Origin: Takakia lepidozioides
Taxonomy: Eukaryota; Plantae; Bryophyta
Length of the DNA stretch: 64,000 nucleotides
NCBI GenBank assembly: GCA_030704615.1
Contig: CM060732.1
Location: forward strand, 27,466,001 to 27,530,000
Direction: 5' to 3'
Shown here one piece after another: positions 36,757-47,252 of this stretch (positions within the stretch are counted from its first letter, which is position 1; each line of letters begins with the position of its first letter). Both the position numbers and the translations under genes were made by a program. The notes beneath the pieces were generated by a model. The model saw nothing but the letters and a program-made list of their open reading frames with translations, was not told the DNA's origin and did no database searches.

Positions 36757-37564
36757 TTCAATAGAACACGTCGCGGAGGATGTGAGGGTATATGATAATG
36801 AAGACGTCTTCATTCTAAGTGTAATGCCTCACATTCTGTTTCTATTCATAAACTTTATTCTCCTTCCGCAAAGGTAATGCGATGGAAAACATTTGTATGG
36901 TGGCGGAAAAGTGGCCGATAGGGTGTGCTTGTGTACTTGAAATCCGTGCCGACCATTGCCACCACAATCGTGAATGGATGGAGACGGATGGAAAATAGTA
37001 TTAAACACAAACGGATGATAGATTTTCATAAATTTTTGACCGTTGACAGTACAGTTCGTTAGTCCGTTGCATAGATTCCATGCATGCTTGCTGCTTTTCG
37101 TAGGATTGGGGTGTCCGTGTCCACACGCTCTGTGCATTTTTCCACTGTACCACACCTGCGCGTGTTCGATAGCACTGTGGCAAAGTAGTGAAGCAGGCGA
37201 TCATGGATCCCTTTGTGCTGGTGAATTGCCCACCTGGCACGGACGACATCAAGGTGATGGCGGAGGGACAACATGTCTTTCTAAAGGACAAAGTAATTCG
37301 GGGCAGATTTGGTATCGACCCATTCTCTTTGGTTGTTGAAGAGGAGGAGATCACTGCTGGTTCCGGCACAACATTGTCAGTCTGAGGTGATAGGGTTTTG
37401 ATTGCTAGTAGTGGTGAGGTAGAAACTGTGACCTCAGAACTAGATACTTATTGTTCAAGGTTTAGAGATTTCCTGGCTTTAGAACAGTTAAAATGAGGGG
37501 TAAACATTCTGTTATGACGCATCTAATTCATTTCTTTTAAATTACCAGTCTACTTTGTAAATAA

Positions 37565-38501
37565 ATGGACAGGTCTTCTCCATACATCGGGTGCATTCCT
37601 TTTCTGATGAGGTACTTAATGTATTGGTTGCAGGGACCCACATCTTGGGGCGATTGGATGCATACAGCTTGGCACAAAGTGCAGCAGTTTGTACACACTG
37701 GCGAGCTGAAATCACAGCTGATGTACTGTGGCAACTAATGTGTGAGCAGTTTTGGTTGAAACGAGTACACCTCCATTTGTGTCTCATCCAGCGAGACTCC
37801 TCTACCATCAGACTCTGACTTGTGTATGCAATAAGCTTGACTGACTCACAACAGGTCCGAGCACCCTCGGATGGAAATTTGGCCCCGTTTTTCCATCCGG
37901 GGGATGATCTTTGGTAGCCACGTGTCGGCCTCTCCACCTGAGACGACTTCATCCGAGCCCCTTCGGATGGAAATTCGGCGCCGTTTTTCCATCCGGGGGA
38001 TGATCCCTGGAAGCGAGGTGGGGCCCTCACCCTCTGGCACGACTCCATGTAAGCCCACATGGATGGCAGTATCCGCCTGCATGGAACATCCCCAAAAGCC
38101 GCACGGCCTTCTTGTATCATTGGAGGTGCTGCCAGTGGGCCTACGAGGATTGCATCGGGTGTACGTACATGCCAGAGAGGATTCCATCGCAAACAGTGTA
38201 TGGGGACATTCTCATAAGCTACGAGGATGAGTCCTATGGACATAGAGTCTCCACAACAAAGATCTCGATTTACGATGGTGCATATATCGGAGAACATGAC
38301 ACCATTGTCCACTACACCAAAGAAAAGCGGGCTGCATCCATTGTTTTCATCTACCGACACCCTGTCAGTCATGAGCTTGTTGAGAGGCCAATCGAGGTTC
38401 CAGCTTCTTGGTTCCGGATGCCCTCGAATAGTCCGTTCAAGGAGGGAACTGAAAGAAGATATTGCCGTCGACGTCTGCGGGAAGGCATGTCACAGATTTA
38501 A
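37565..38501 (+). pseudogene. F-box-like gene remnant with an unrecognised C-terminal domain
   Basis: FSDEVL...ILGRLDAYSLAQSAAVCTHW...DVLWQLMC fits an F-box. Stop at 37816, an internal ~96-bp duplication (37865-38005) and frameshifts. Confidence 0.6.
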
Positions 38502-38720
38502 TTGCAAACTTTCTGTAGTCCAGCCCAGCCAGCTCCGAGCGGTGTCCCTCCATGTGAAGCCCTCGCAGAATATCAAGAATGGATCGAGTTGCTGGGGGGG
38601 TGCTATTCCGTGAGCCTGGAGGCGTGAGCCTGTGAGCCCAGGAAACCGTGAGCCCAGCACAGGCTCACGCCACGTCAGCATACATACAGGGCCTATTTCC
38701 GCGGGTGTCACATATTTCAC

Positions 38721-39539
38721 CATTACCTTGAGTTCAATGGTAGTTTTTGGCACCAAATTCACGGGACGGCGATGGGGAGCAACTTTGCAGTTGTTTATGC
38801 TTGTTTGTTCCTTTGTCGGTTGGAGATGTACATGGATTACTTGTGCCCATCGGAGCAAGAGCTGCTTTATCTTAAGCGCTATATCGACGGCGGCTTTGGC
38901 ATCTGGGTAGGCTCCGAAAAGAGCCCCCTGTCCTAGTTACGGAACTACGGTTCCATGTTTGATGGCATCAAAATCACGACCGCCATAAGCCCGACGTCCG
39001 CCGACATCTTGGATATCACCTTCTTCAAATGAGACGACTTCATCCAAACTCGACGGCTCTTTACTAGATGTCATCAAAAGGCCCAGAACAAGTATCCATA
39101 CTTGCCTTGGTCCTCGTGGCATCCACATCACCAAAAGAAAGCTTTCGTCATCGGCGAGCTCCAACGGTACGTAATACGAGAAAGCACCATCCAAGGGTTC
39201 AACCATTTGCAACTTTTGTTTTACAAACGTCTTCGAGCCCGAGGTTATCCGGCGGCGTTCATCCGGAGTTGCTTCACCAAGATCTCCTAGGACCTTAGAT
39301 CCGCTCTACTCGACCAACAGACGCAACGCGCAGTTGAGGGTAAACGGGCCCCCTTTGTTCTTAAGCTCGACTACTCTTCGTACACTCGAGCCTTGAACTT
39401 GGGGGCCACCCTAAACCCTAGACTCTACGAGTTGCTTCAGCAAGTCCCGGAGCTTCGGTTTCTTCCTCGAGCGATGATTTGTTGGAGGAATCCGCGAAAG
39501 CTGAGTTCATTCCTAGTTAAATCTAGAATGATAGGATGA
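38721..39539 (+). pseudogene. Penelope-type reverse transcriptase C-terminal half, no C-terminal GIY-YIG domain
   Basis: YLEFNGSFWHQIHGTAMGSNFAVVYACLF...LKRYIDGGFGIW (YIDD changed to YIDG), ILDITF, YLPWSSWHPHHQKKAFVIGELQRY, RLRARGYP, ending WRNPRKLSSFLVKSRMIG*. Stops and frameshifts present. Confidence 0.88.
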
Positions 39540-39790
39540 TTTTGTAGTGCAAATATCCCTAGCATTATTAATTTTGCCTCTTTGATAGCCCTAGTATTGA
39601 TGTTAAAGTCAAAGGGTTCCAACAATTAATTTGGACCATTGACTAATTAATGCAGTCTTGACTTGGAGGCTATATTAGTGCTTTAGTGGCATTATTATTG
39701 CCTTGGGAATTATCCCATATCGTTTGCACATAGTGAGGGTGCCTTTCTAGTATATAATGATAGGCTTGGCTCTTAGGACTTCATCTCTTG

Positions 39791-39844
39791 GTGTTCCACT
39801 GATGAGCTTGAGCAATCAAGCGAAACTTGTTTGGAATAAAACAC
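39791..39844 (+). ncRNA. Minimal type-I hammerhead ribozyme (PLE-A)
   Basis: UUCCA-CUGAUGA-GCUUGA-gcaa-UCAAGC-GAA-AC-uu-GU-U-UGGAA. Stem I is extendable through GUGUU/AACAC. Confidence 0.88.
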
Positions 39845-40713
39845 CTTAACTCTTTTTGTGTCTCCACACTTAGAGAAGTTGAGAGTCTAGTCCTTGCCCG
39901 CCCGGGCAACTTGGATCGAAGGGGTGCTCGGCTCCAAGGGGAATCCCAACCCTTGGATACTTCCGAGGCCTTTTTTCTTTCCGAAGCACAGGCGTATAGA
40001 GCCTTCCGTTTGACGCCATCTTAGCCACCTCTTACAATGGGGAAGGTGGCTGGGGGTATATGGTAATCGTGTCGGGCAAGCTAATTTAGCCCCAACTACA
40101 CGGTTCCCCCTGTCGTACGCCCGATGGTCGGAGAGAAGGGACTTGGTTGATCCTCCCTCGAGTTCATCTCGAGCGATCAGAGGACTATGGGCATGCGCAA
40201 GCCTCTGCCGACCTAACCTTCTCGTCGATGACCTTATGCGGTAATCCCTCTCATTCTTCCTTAGAGGTACGAACCTCTTTTTGAAGGTGGGGCATATAAG
40301 TTTTCCAACTAGGGGTTGAGACTTGACCCTATGTTTGTGAGTGCCTTGAGCGCATGCTTGCCCATAGTGAGCAAGATTTTTTGTCGCTAAACAAGGAGAA
40401 GCAAACATAAAAAAGCTTATGGTTGGAGTGAAAATGCATCATTCTTCAATTAGAGAACCTTATCTCGTGAGGGCGAGAGTCCTTGCATAAGACATAATAG
40501 TCTTATTGCATCCCTTTAGGCACGATAGACGCACTTTGTATGCATTTGTCTTGGTTTCCATTGCATTTGTATTTGGATCCGAACCGGCCCCCCTTAAAAA
40601 TTACTGTGTCTTTTTCCAGTATTTTATCTACTTTTTGTTATCTTTGCAGCCTTTGTTGACCAGCCCTAACCCTAAACCTAAACCCTAAACCTGCGGATCT
40701 TTTAGAAGATGGT

Positions 40714-41121
40714 CTAGGGTTTAGGGTCTAAGGTGGTCAATAAAGGCTTGCAAAGGTAACAAAAAGTAGAAAAAAGTAGAAAAAGACAGTAAATTTTAAG
40801 GGGGGGCGGTTCGGACCCAAATACAAATGCAATGAAAACCAAAACAAATGCATACAAAGTGCGTCTATCATGTCTAAAAGGATGCTATAAGACTGTTATG
40901 TCTTATGCAAGGACTCCCGCCCTCACGAGATAAGGTTCTCTAATTGAAGAATGAGGCACTTTCGCTCCAACCGTAAGCTTTTTTATGTTTGCTTCTCCTT
41001 GTTTAGCGACAAAAATCTTGCTCACTATGGGCAAGCATGCGCTCAAGGCACTCACAAACATAGGGTCAAGTCTCAATCCCTAGATGGAAAACTTATGCCC
41101 CACCTTCAAAAAAAGGTTCGT
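40714..41121 (-). mobile_element. Inverted 3'-terminal copy of PLE-A attached to TTTAGGG repeats
   Basis: Reverse complement of ~40268-40660, preceded by TAGGGTTTAGGGTCTAAGG. Confidence 0.9.
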
Positions 41122-41122
41122 T

Positions 41123-41718
41123 AGTTGTCTTTTTATCTTATGCTCTTTTTGAGACAACACTTATTCGACAGTATACTGGCGGTGAGGCTCATTGCACTTC
41201 ACTCCATTTCTTTCTTCCCACTGAAGAGCTCAGATTTTGAGCGAAACTAGTCTGGGGCTTATAAAGATTTGCTAGTATTCTGCATATAAGTGTGTTTTGT
41301 CTCACTTTCCCCTTTGTGTTGTTGTACCTTACAGTTGCATTGTTTAGACTGTCTATCTAGTCTTGCCTTTGCTGCTAGGTTTGTTCTCTAGTGTGTGTTT
41401 TCTCTTCCATAAGAGATAGATTTTTGTTATCCTGTATTTACGGTGAAACAGTCTCAGTCATACACTTTAGTCATTTGCATGTCTTTGTTCAGAACATATC
41501 AACATCACTCATATCCTACCTTTGTGTCTTCAGAATCATCTCTTTGAGTTTTTCTATAGATATCTTGAAGTTTTTTCAGAGCATAACCGGCCCTCCTAAA
41601 AACTTTTTAGTCTGCACTGTGTTACTATTGCACCCGGTGCATTCACGGTTCAAATTTGTTGTACTGCTACATTTAGTTCCAATCTTTTGAAGACCCTAAA
41701 CCCGAAACCCTAAACCCA
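41123..41718 (+). mobile_element. PLE subfamily B 3' unit (hammerhead to telomeric tail)
   Basis: Hammerhead at 41216. Shares AACCGGCCCTCCTAAAA and the TGCACCCGGTGCA hairpin with subfamily C. Ends CCCTAAACCCGAAACCCTAAACCC. Confidence 0.8.
41216..41257 (+). ncRNA. Minimal type-I hammerhead ribozyme (PLE-B)
   Basis: CCCA-CUGAAGA-GCUCA-gauuu-UGAGC-GAA-ACUAGU-C-UGGG. Confidence 0.88.
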
Positions 41719-41732
41719 CGGAGTTAATTGTA

Positions 41733-42507
41733 GTCGATAACTTGTTTTCATCCACTGGATGATTTTCTCCCACCGAGACTTTTTGGACGATTTTCTCCGT
41801 ACGAGACATCTGTTGGATGGTTTTTCTCCTCATGAGACATCCACTGGAAGATTGTCCACACGAGGCAGTTCACTCCTAGTAGTATATAAGCGGGGGGTGG
41901 GTTTTGTATCTCATTCATTTTCTTTCCCACTGATGAGCTCACGTGCTGAGCGAAACTAGTCTGGGGTTTATAAAGATTTGGCTTCACTACTTTGCATGAT
42001 CTTGCCTCGTGGTCTCACCCTTTGAAGTTGTTGAGTTTTTCGAAGTTGTCGAGTTTAAGATGCGTTTGTATCCCCTGCTTTAGATCATTGCATTGTTATG
42101 TGCTCTGTGTCTATACGATAGTGCATGCCATAAACTCCCTCTCGAGTAGTGCATGTGAGATCTGCATCTAAGTTGTTCCTAGTGTGTCCATTCTCTTGCA
42201 AAACAGAGACAGGGTTCTATTCTCCTGTGCATCCAGTGAAATAGTTCTCATACGCACTTTTGCCTCGTGCATAGGTTTGCAGTTGCATTTCATGACACCT
42301 CACATACTTCTATTCTAGTTTCCTGTCTCTCAGGATCTCTCCTTTCAGGTTTGATTCACAGGATCTGAAATTTTTCTAGGGGTGCATAACTGGCCCCCCT
42401 AAAACTTGTTTGCACGGATTGTGTTTATCTTGCACCTGGTGCATCCGCGTTGTACTGCTACATTTGTTTTGACACTTTCTGTGAACCCTCAACCCTCAAT
42501 CCTCAAC
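41733..42507 (+). mobile_element. PLE subfamily C 3' unit
   Basis: TATATAA at 41883, hammerhead at 41925, and a degenerate telomeric tail AACCCTCAACCCTCAATCCTCAAC. Other copies at 3716-4146, 4570-4733 and 49208-49303. Confidence 0.82.
41925..41966 (+). ncRNA. Minimal type-I hammerhead ribozyme (PLE-C)
   Basis: CCCA-CUGAUGA-GCUCA-cgugc-UGAGC-GAA-ACUAGU-C-UGGG. Confidence 0.9.
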
Positions 42508-42529
42508 ATTCAGCCCTTTCAATTGCCTC

Positions 42530-44000
42530 GTTCAAAGTCTTAGGTGGCTTCTCCTCCAACTTCCGCCTGGCCCATGGGGCCAGTCCCGCCACAAAGTTGA
42601 AGCCATTTCTGGTTCTGCCATGTCCGCGACTTTGAGTAACAACACATTGAAATCCTGAACATATCCCCGAATGTCATCCGTTTGCTTCAAATTCCTCATC
42701 TTGTCGCAGGTGAGCCAGGACGCGTTGAGGGGCACAAACTGTCTCTTCATAAGTTCTTTGAACCCACTCCAACTCAAGGTTTCCGAGTTTGGATCTTGGT
42801 TGTGGAGACGTTTCTGCCACCATTGTTGGGCATAGCTCCTCAAATAGGTGGGAGCCACTTCCACCCGATCCTCGTCGCTCAACTTGGCCGCTCGGAAGTA
42901 TTACTCTAGCTCCAGGAGCCAGGTGTTGAGTGCCTTCCGATTTCGGACGCCCTCAAAGGTGCCGGGTTCCTTAGGCTTCACCTTAAACTTGCCTTAGTGG
43001 AAGTGACATTAGCCGCCTTCAACACGTCTTTCAACGTCCCGCCAAACTGCGCCAACAACCCTTCCCAAAAGGCTGCTGGCATGGGAGACATCTGTTGGTC
43101 TGGCGGAGCCTCTTGAAGGTCCTCGGACTCCGACTCCCAAAATTCCTCCCGTCCTTATGCGGCCTCGCTCTCAGAAGCATGAATCGCCTCTTCAAATTGC
43201 CGCTTCGGTGACACGTCGCTCCCACCGGCCTCACCAGGATCATAATCTTTCGGGTTGTTCTGCTTTCGCTTGGTCTTGTCCGACCCCATGATGAGGCTGA
43301 TCTCAAGGACGATCACGTACTGAACTCTAAGCTCTGATACCAAGTGTTGCGTACCGAATGGTCGAGGGTCTTAGAGACGGGCGGCCCTAGAACCGCCAAG
43401 TCCTTCCTTTCAGGGGACCGCGGATAGCGCGAGACCCTCCACCATTGTTGGGGGCTCCTCTCCAGGGGTTCAGGTAAGGGCGGGACAGTCGAGGGTCTCG
43501 GCCCTCGAGTGTCGGGCTGCGAGGGAGGGGTGGGGGGAAGGCGCGACGGTTGAGGGTCGCGGCCGGCCGGAGACCATCGACCATCGTGGAGGATGCGTAG
43601 GGCTGAGCTGGTCGAGGGTCTTGTCTCGCGCTCTGGAGACCCCCGAGCACTGGGGCAGGGAGGGCCGGTGCGGTCAGAGGGTCTCGGCCTGCACGAGATT
43701 GGGCTGCTCTAGGGGGTCGGGACGGTCGAGGGTGTTGTGCCGCGCTCCCGAGACCTCGACCACTGGGGCAGGGAGGTCCGCGGCCGGCCGGAGACCCTCG
43801 ACCACCGTGGAGGTTGCGCGGGGCCTTTGCCGGTCGAGGGTGATGTCCCGCGCTCCCGAGACCCTCGACCACCGAGGCAAGGAGGGCCGGGACGGTTGAG
43901 GGTCGCGGCCGGCTGGAGACCCTCAACCAAGTCCGCAGGTTTCGCCCCTCAATGGCTTCCACGCCGCGACCCTCGACCGTCCGCCAACCGCACTTCCGTC
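42530..44000 (-). mobile_element. Ty3/Gypsy fragment: partial GC-rich 5' LTR (from 43345), tRNA-Met PBS (43331-43342), gag remnant
   Basis: PBS TGGTATCAGAGC on the minus strand. Gag reads KEPGTFEG...YLRSYAQQWW...SWSGFKELMKRQF...LKQTDDIRGYVQDF. The LTR has repeated GAGACCCTCGACC motifs. Confidence 0.85.
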
Positions 44001-44034
44001 CTCAGAGGGTTTAGAGGGTTTAGAATTCACAAAT

Positions 44035-44137
44035 TTAGGGTTTAGGGTTCAGGGTGGTCAACGGCTTGCAAAGGTAACAAAAAGTAGAAAAAATACTCAA
44101 AAACGACACATTAAATTTTAAGGGGGGCCAGTTCGGA
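44035..44137 (-). mobile_element. TTTAGGG repeats plus a short 3'-end copy of PLE-A
   Basis: TTTAGGGTTTAGGGTTCAGGG followed by TGGTCAACGGCTTGCAAAGGTAACAAAAAGTAG...GGCCAGTTCGGA, matching the reverse complement of 40577-40660. Confidence 0.85.
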
Positions 44138-44139
44138 GG

Positions 44140-44410
44140 TTTACTATTTCATGAGCAGAAACCATGAGCCATGAGCCATGAGCCATGAGCCGCATGAGCG
44201 GCGAGCCGAAGTTTAAGACACGCGGTTTTCATGAGCGGACTCCTCCAAATTTGGAAATGCGGCAGATTAAAAAAGTATTAAAATAATAGTTTTTTTTTAA
44301 TTTGACCTTGCCATTTTTGAAAATTCCAGATCCTGTAATGCGGCGAAGATATGTCGTGTGTAACAACTCCGCTCATGGTTTTGTAGATCCGCTCATGGAA
44401 ATGAGTGACT
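44140..44410. mobile_element. MITE-like element with CATGAGC subterminal repeats
   Basis: Left end ACTATTTCATGAGC with (CATGAGC)n; imperfect inverted right end GCTCATGGAAATGAGT. Related ends at 54871 and 38602. Confidence 0.5.
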
Positions 44411-46946
44411 GGACAACGAGAAATCCAGTATACCATGGCAAAAGGACGTCACATACTGGCCTGTATAGAGTATTCCGCGGTTTTACATGCCTTAACATTG
44501 GAATGAAGCTGACCCTTCTGTCGCGATTGAACCAATAGAGTCTGCACCAATAGAGTCTGTAGTACTTCACAATTCTGTCATCTTCGGGTATTTGGCAGGA
44601 AAAGTTTGTGACTCAACTGGGAAATGCGGTGCCGCATTACGGTTCGTACGTGTGAAATTTCTGGGGGGTTTGGTGTTGGCGACGGTCGTGATCAGGTCAA
44701 CCGAATGATCACCCAATTTTTGAATGACCTGCCAAGCTTCATGATACAATTATGCTAAATGCCCTTGTTTGCATGTAGACCTCGCCCTGGTTTGGAGCTT
44801 TGGAGGTCGGATCTCTCAGAGCTCGTTGTGGTTGTTTATGTTTCATATTCAATTTTTTAGTAAGCTAAAAAGGTATTGGTATTCTATAGAATGAGCTTGG
44901 AAAATTGAATGTAATGTTCAAGGCAGTTAATTTTGGCATGTTCTCTTAGTTACTCATTGTGCAAGTTTTTGGTGCAGGATTCTAGGGACTCTGGGCAATT
45001 CTTGGTCAGTTCTACTCATTTATGTTTCTACCCTTGTCTACTTTTACAGGCTAAGGGAGTCCGGCTCTTGCACCAAGTTAAGTTGAAGACTAAATTTCAT
45101 TAAGTTCCTTCTACATGATTTGAGGGCCATCATTCACTTTTCCTGATTGTGGTTTCACATCCTTGGGCATTGTTGGTCCAATGAGAAAGCCTAAAATTTG
45201 TAAGGTCAATTATAGAAATTGTATCATTCTACTGCTGCTTATACTTAGCATGGTTAATACATGCAATAAACTTCTGAACCTCTCCACATGCCTTGAACTT
45301 TGGGGTTCGAATTTGTGAGTTCAGAGGGCTATCTTTCAGAGTGTCCTTTACAAATATTATCTTGTTTGGTGCGACTGATGGATTACCTTCAAGTAGACAC
45401 TTGTAGGGGTTGGCTTGTTAGTTCCTCCTAGTTAGAGTTTCAAGAAATCGTGTTCTGATTCATCATAGATTTTAATCTAAACAAACCACCAGAGTCCTCA
45501 AAAGTTTTAGGGTTTAGGGTACTTCACCCTAAATCCCCCATTTCGGTTCAGCATTGAAGCAATATCTTTGTTTTTCGTAAACTTGGTGAAATTTTTAGCA
45601 TTTGAAATATATAGCATGAAACAACGTTGTTGTCAAATTGAAAAGTACTGCTCTGTAAACAGCCTCTGGTTTCATATACAATGAAGTGCCTTTCTCTTTT
45701 CTTGTTTTGTTCCGAGGAATAATAATGACACATCAACAAAAATGAATACCTTGTTTACTCGAGCGAAAACTAAAACGGAAGTTTTAGTTTTGTCTTTATC
45801 ACATCTACGTTATCTGATGGAAAGCTAAGCTTGAAGAGTGAACTGTGAGTTCAACATGGAATCATGATTACACGGGAAGCTCAGAAACAGGGATGTTCTC
45901 AGAATTGGTGAAACCACCTATGCAGTTGCGGAGGTCAAATCCTGCCTCAATGGCAACATTCAACACGACGTGCCGGAGAACAAGATGAGAGTGCATCAAG
46001 GGATTGGACTCGAATTTGAAATCATGGAGTCACTAACTGAGGCTGTCATGGCCAAGGCCATCTGCAGAGTCCAAAAAATCCAGTAAGGCCAACAAAGACA
46101 TCTCCTAAACATTAAGAAAAACAGTGCTGTCATTGTACTGTACAGATCTATTGGACCTTGACCAAAAAAACCTCTATACACTCTGGGTACAAGGATCTCT
46201 GGTTCATTCTCCTAGAGTACACGATGGCAGAATGAGGTTCATGGGTTTCCAAAAATTAAACCAGCAACACTTGTCTCCAAGAAATAAGTTCTTCGGTATC
46301 AACATTCTGCACATATCAATATTCAGTGTACACACCCAGCAGGGATGCCCCCCCTATGAGCAAGATCGCCGAGTTTCTGCACATGTTCCAACATGACTTC
46401 CAGTTGCACACACTCTCTCTTGCGATCTTCAGTACTGGTGATGGGTCGTGAAATACCAAAATCGATCAAACAAACACCTTAATGCCCCCTAAACATCGAA
46501 TGTCCCCATGAAGAAGTGCACAGCAGCAAGTGCATCAACAGTCGCTTCCACCGCCTCTAGTCAAAACTCCTGCAAACGACACATCCAACATATTAGACAA
46601 CCACTTTGCTACAAGCTTAAGCAAGAACCGCAGACAACTCTTTCGCCTTTTACCAAGAATTACAGTGCAATCAGAATGAATTCCAACAGCTCCAGTTTTC
46701 TGGGATTCCCTCTCATTTGGCCAGCAACAATTACCTCTCATTCTTTTTAGTCTATTTGATTAGATCATCTAGAATTATGTGAAAAACTGGAGGTGCCATA
46801 AAACAGTGTACAAAAGGTCAATCAGAGAATATAGGTTAAAGAGAATCCAATTGCAGATTTAAGAGCAGAGCCTCAAACATGTAGCAACTACGGACAAGGT
46901 TTTACTAACTTGCACAAACATCAGCAAACATCAGCAAACATCAAGG

Positions 46947-47205
46947 TCACAAAATGAGAGATGAATTAGGATAAACCCACAACATGAGCTCTGATAGCCA
47001 AGGATGTTGTAATGCCTGTGATGAACTGAGTTGTTTGTTAGTGAGCTTCCTTATAAAGTCTTCAACATGTGCTGTCCTTGCAACGGGGATATACTCATCC
47101 AGGAGTTTGCCAACACTATACATGTCTGAAAAGGGCGTATACTGGTTGCCCTCATACATCTCCGGATCCCACGCTGAGAAAGGCTGAAATCCACATCCAC
47201 AAGGA
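46947..47205 (-). pseudogene. C-terminal fragment of another Crinkler-like kinase
   Basis: GFQPFSAWDPEMYEGNQYTPFSDMYSVGKLL...SSSQALQHPWL aligns with GFLPFADWSKAMLEDGHYTPQSVLYQLG...TAEEALKDAWL at 3383-3598. Confidence 0.65.
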
Positions 47206-47252
47206 ACTAAGAAGCTTAAAAAATCAGGCCCCTACATATGAGTTCGAACGAC

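Larger units (their letters stand above)
38710..40691 (+). mobile_element. Penelope-like retroelement subfamily A, 5'-truncated: RT remnant, long 3' region with hammerhead, (CCCTAAA)n tail
   Basis: PLE-type RT at 38721-39539, hammerhead at 39791-39844, and tail CCCTAACCCTAAACCTAAACCCTAAACC at 40664-40691. Confidence 0.88.

Noticed and set aside
40664-40730. Relic of a telomere-telomere chromosome fusion
   Set aside because: A fusion would read (TTTAGGG)n then (CCCTAAA)n. Here the order is reversed and the tracts are only a few units.
41123-42507. Telomerase RNA gene
   Set aside because: CCCTAAA lies at the 3' junction rather than as an internal template, the units are multi-copy, and they carry PLE-type hammerheads.
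43387-44045. GC-rich ORFs of 68-191 aa
   Set aside because: They lie in tandem repeats of the Gypsy LTR, where stop codons are scarce.
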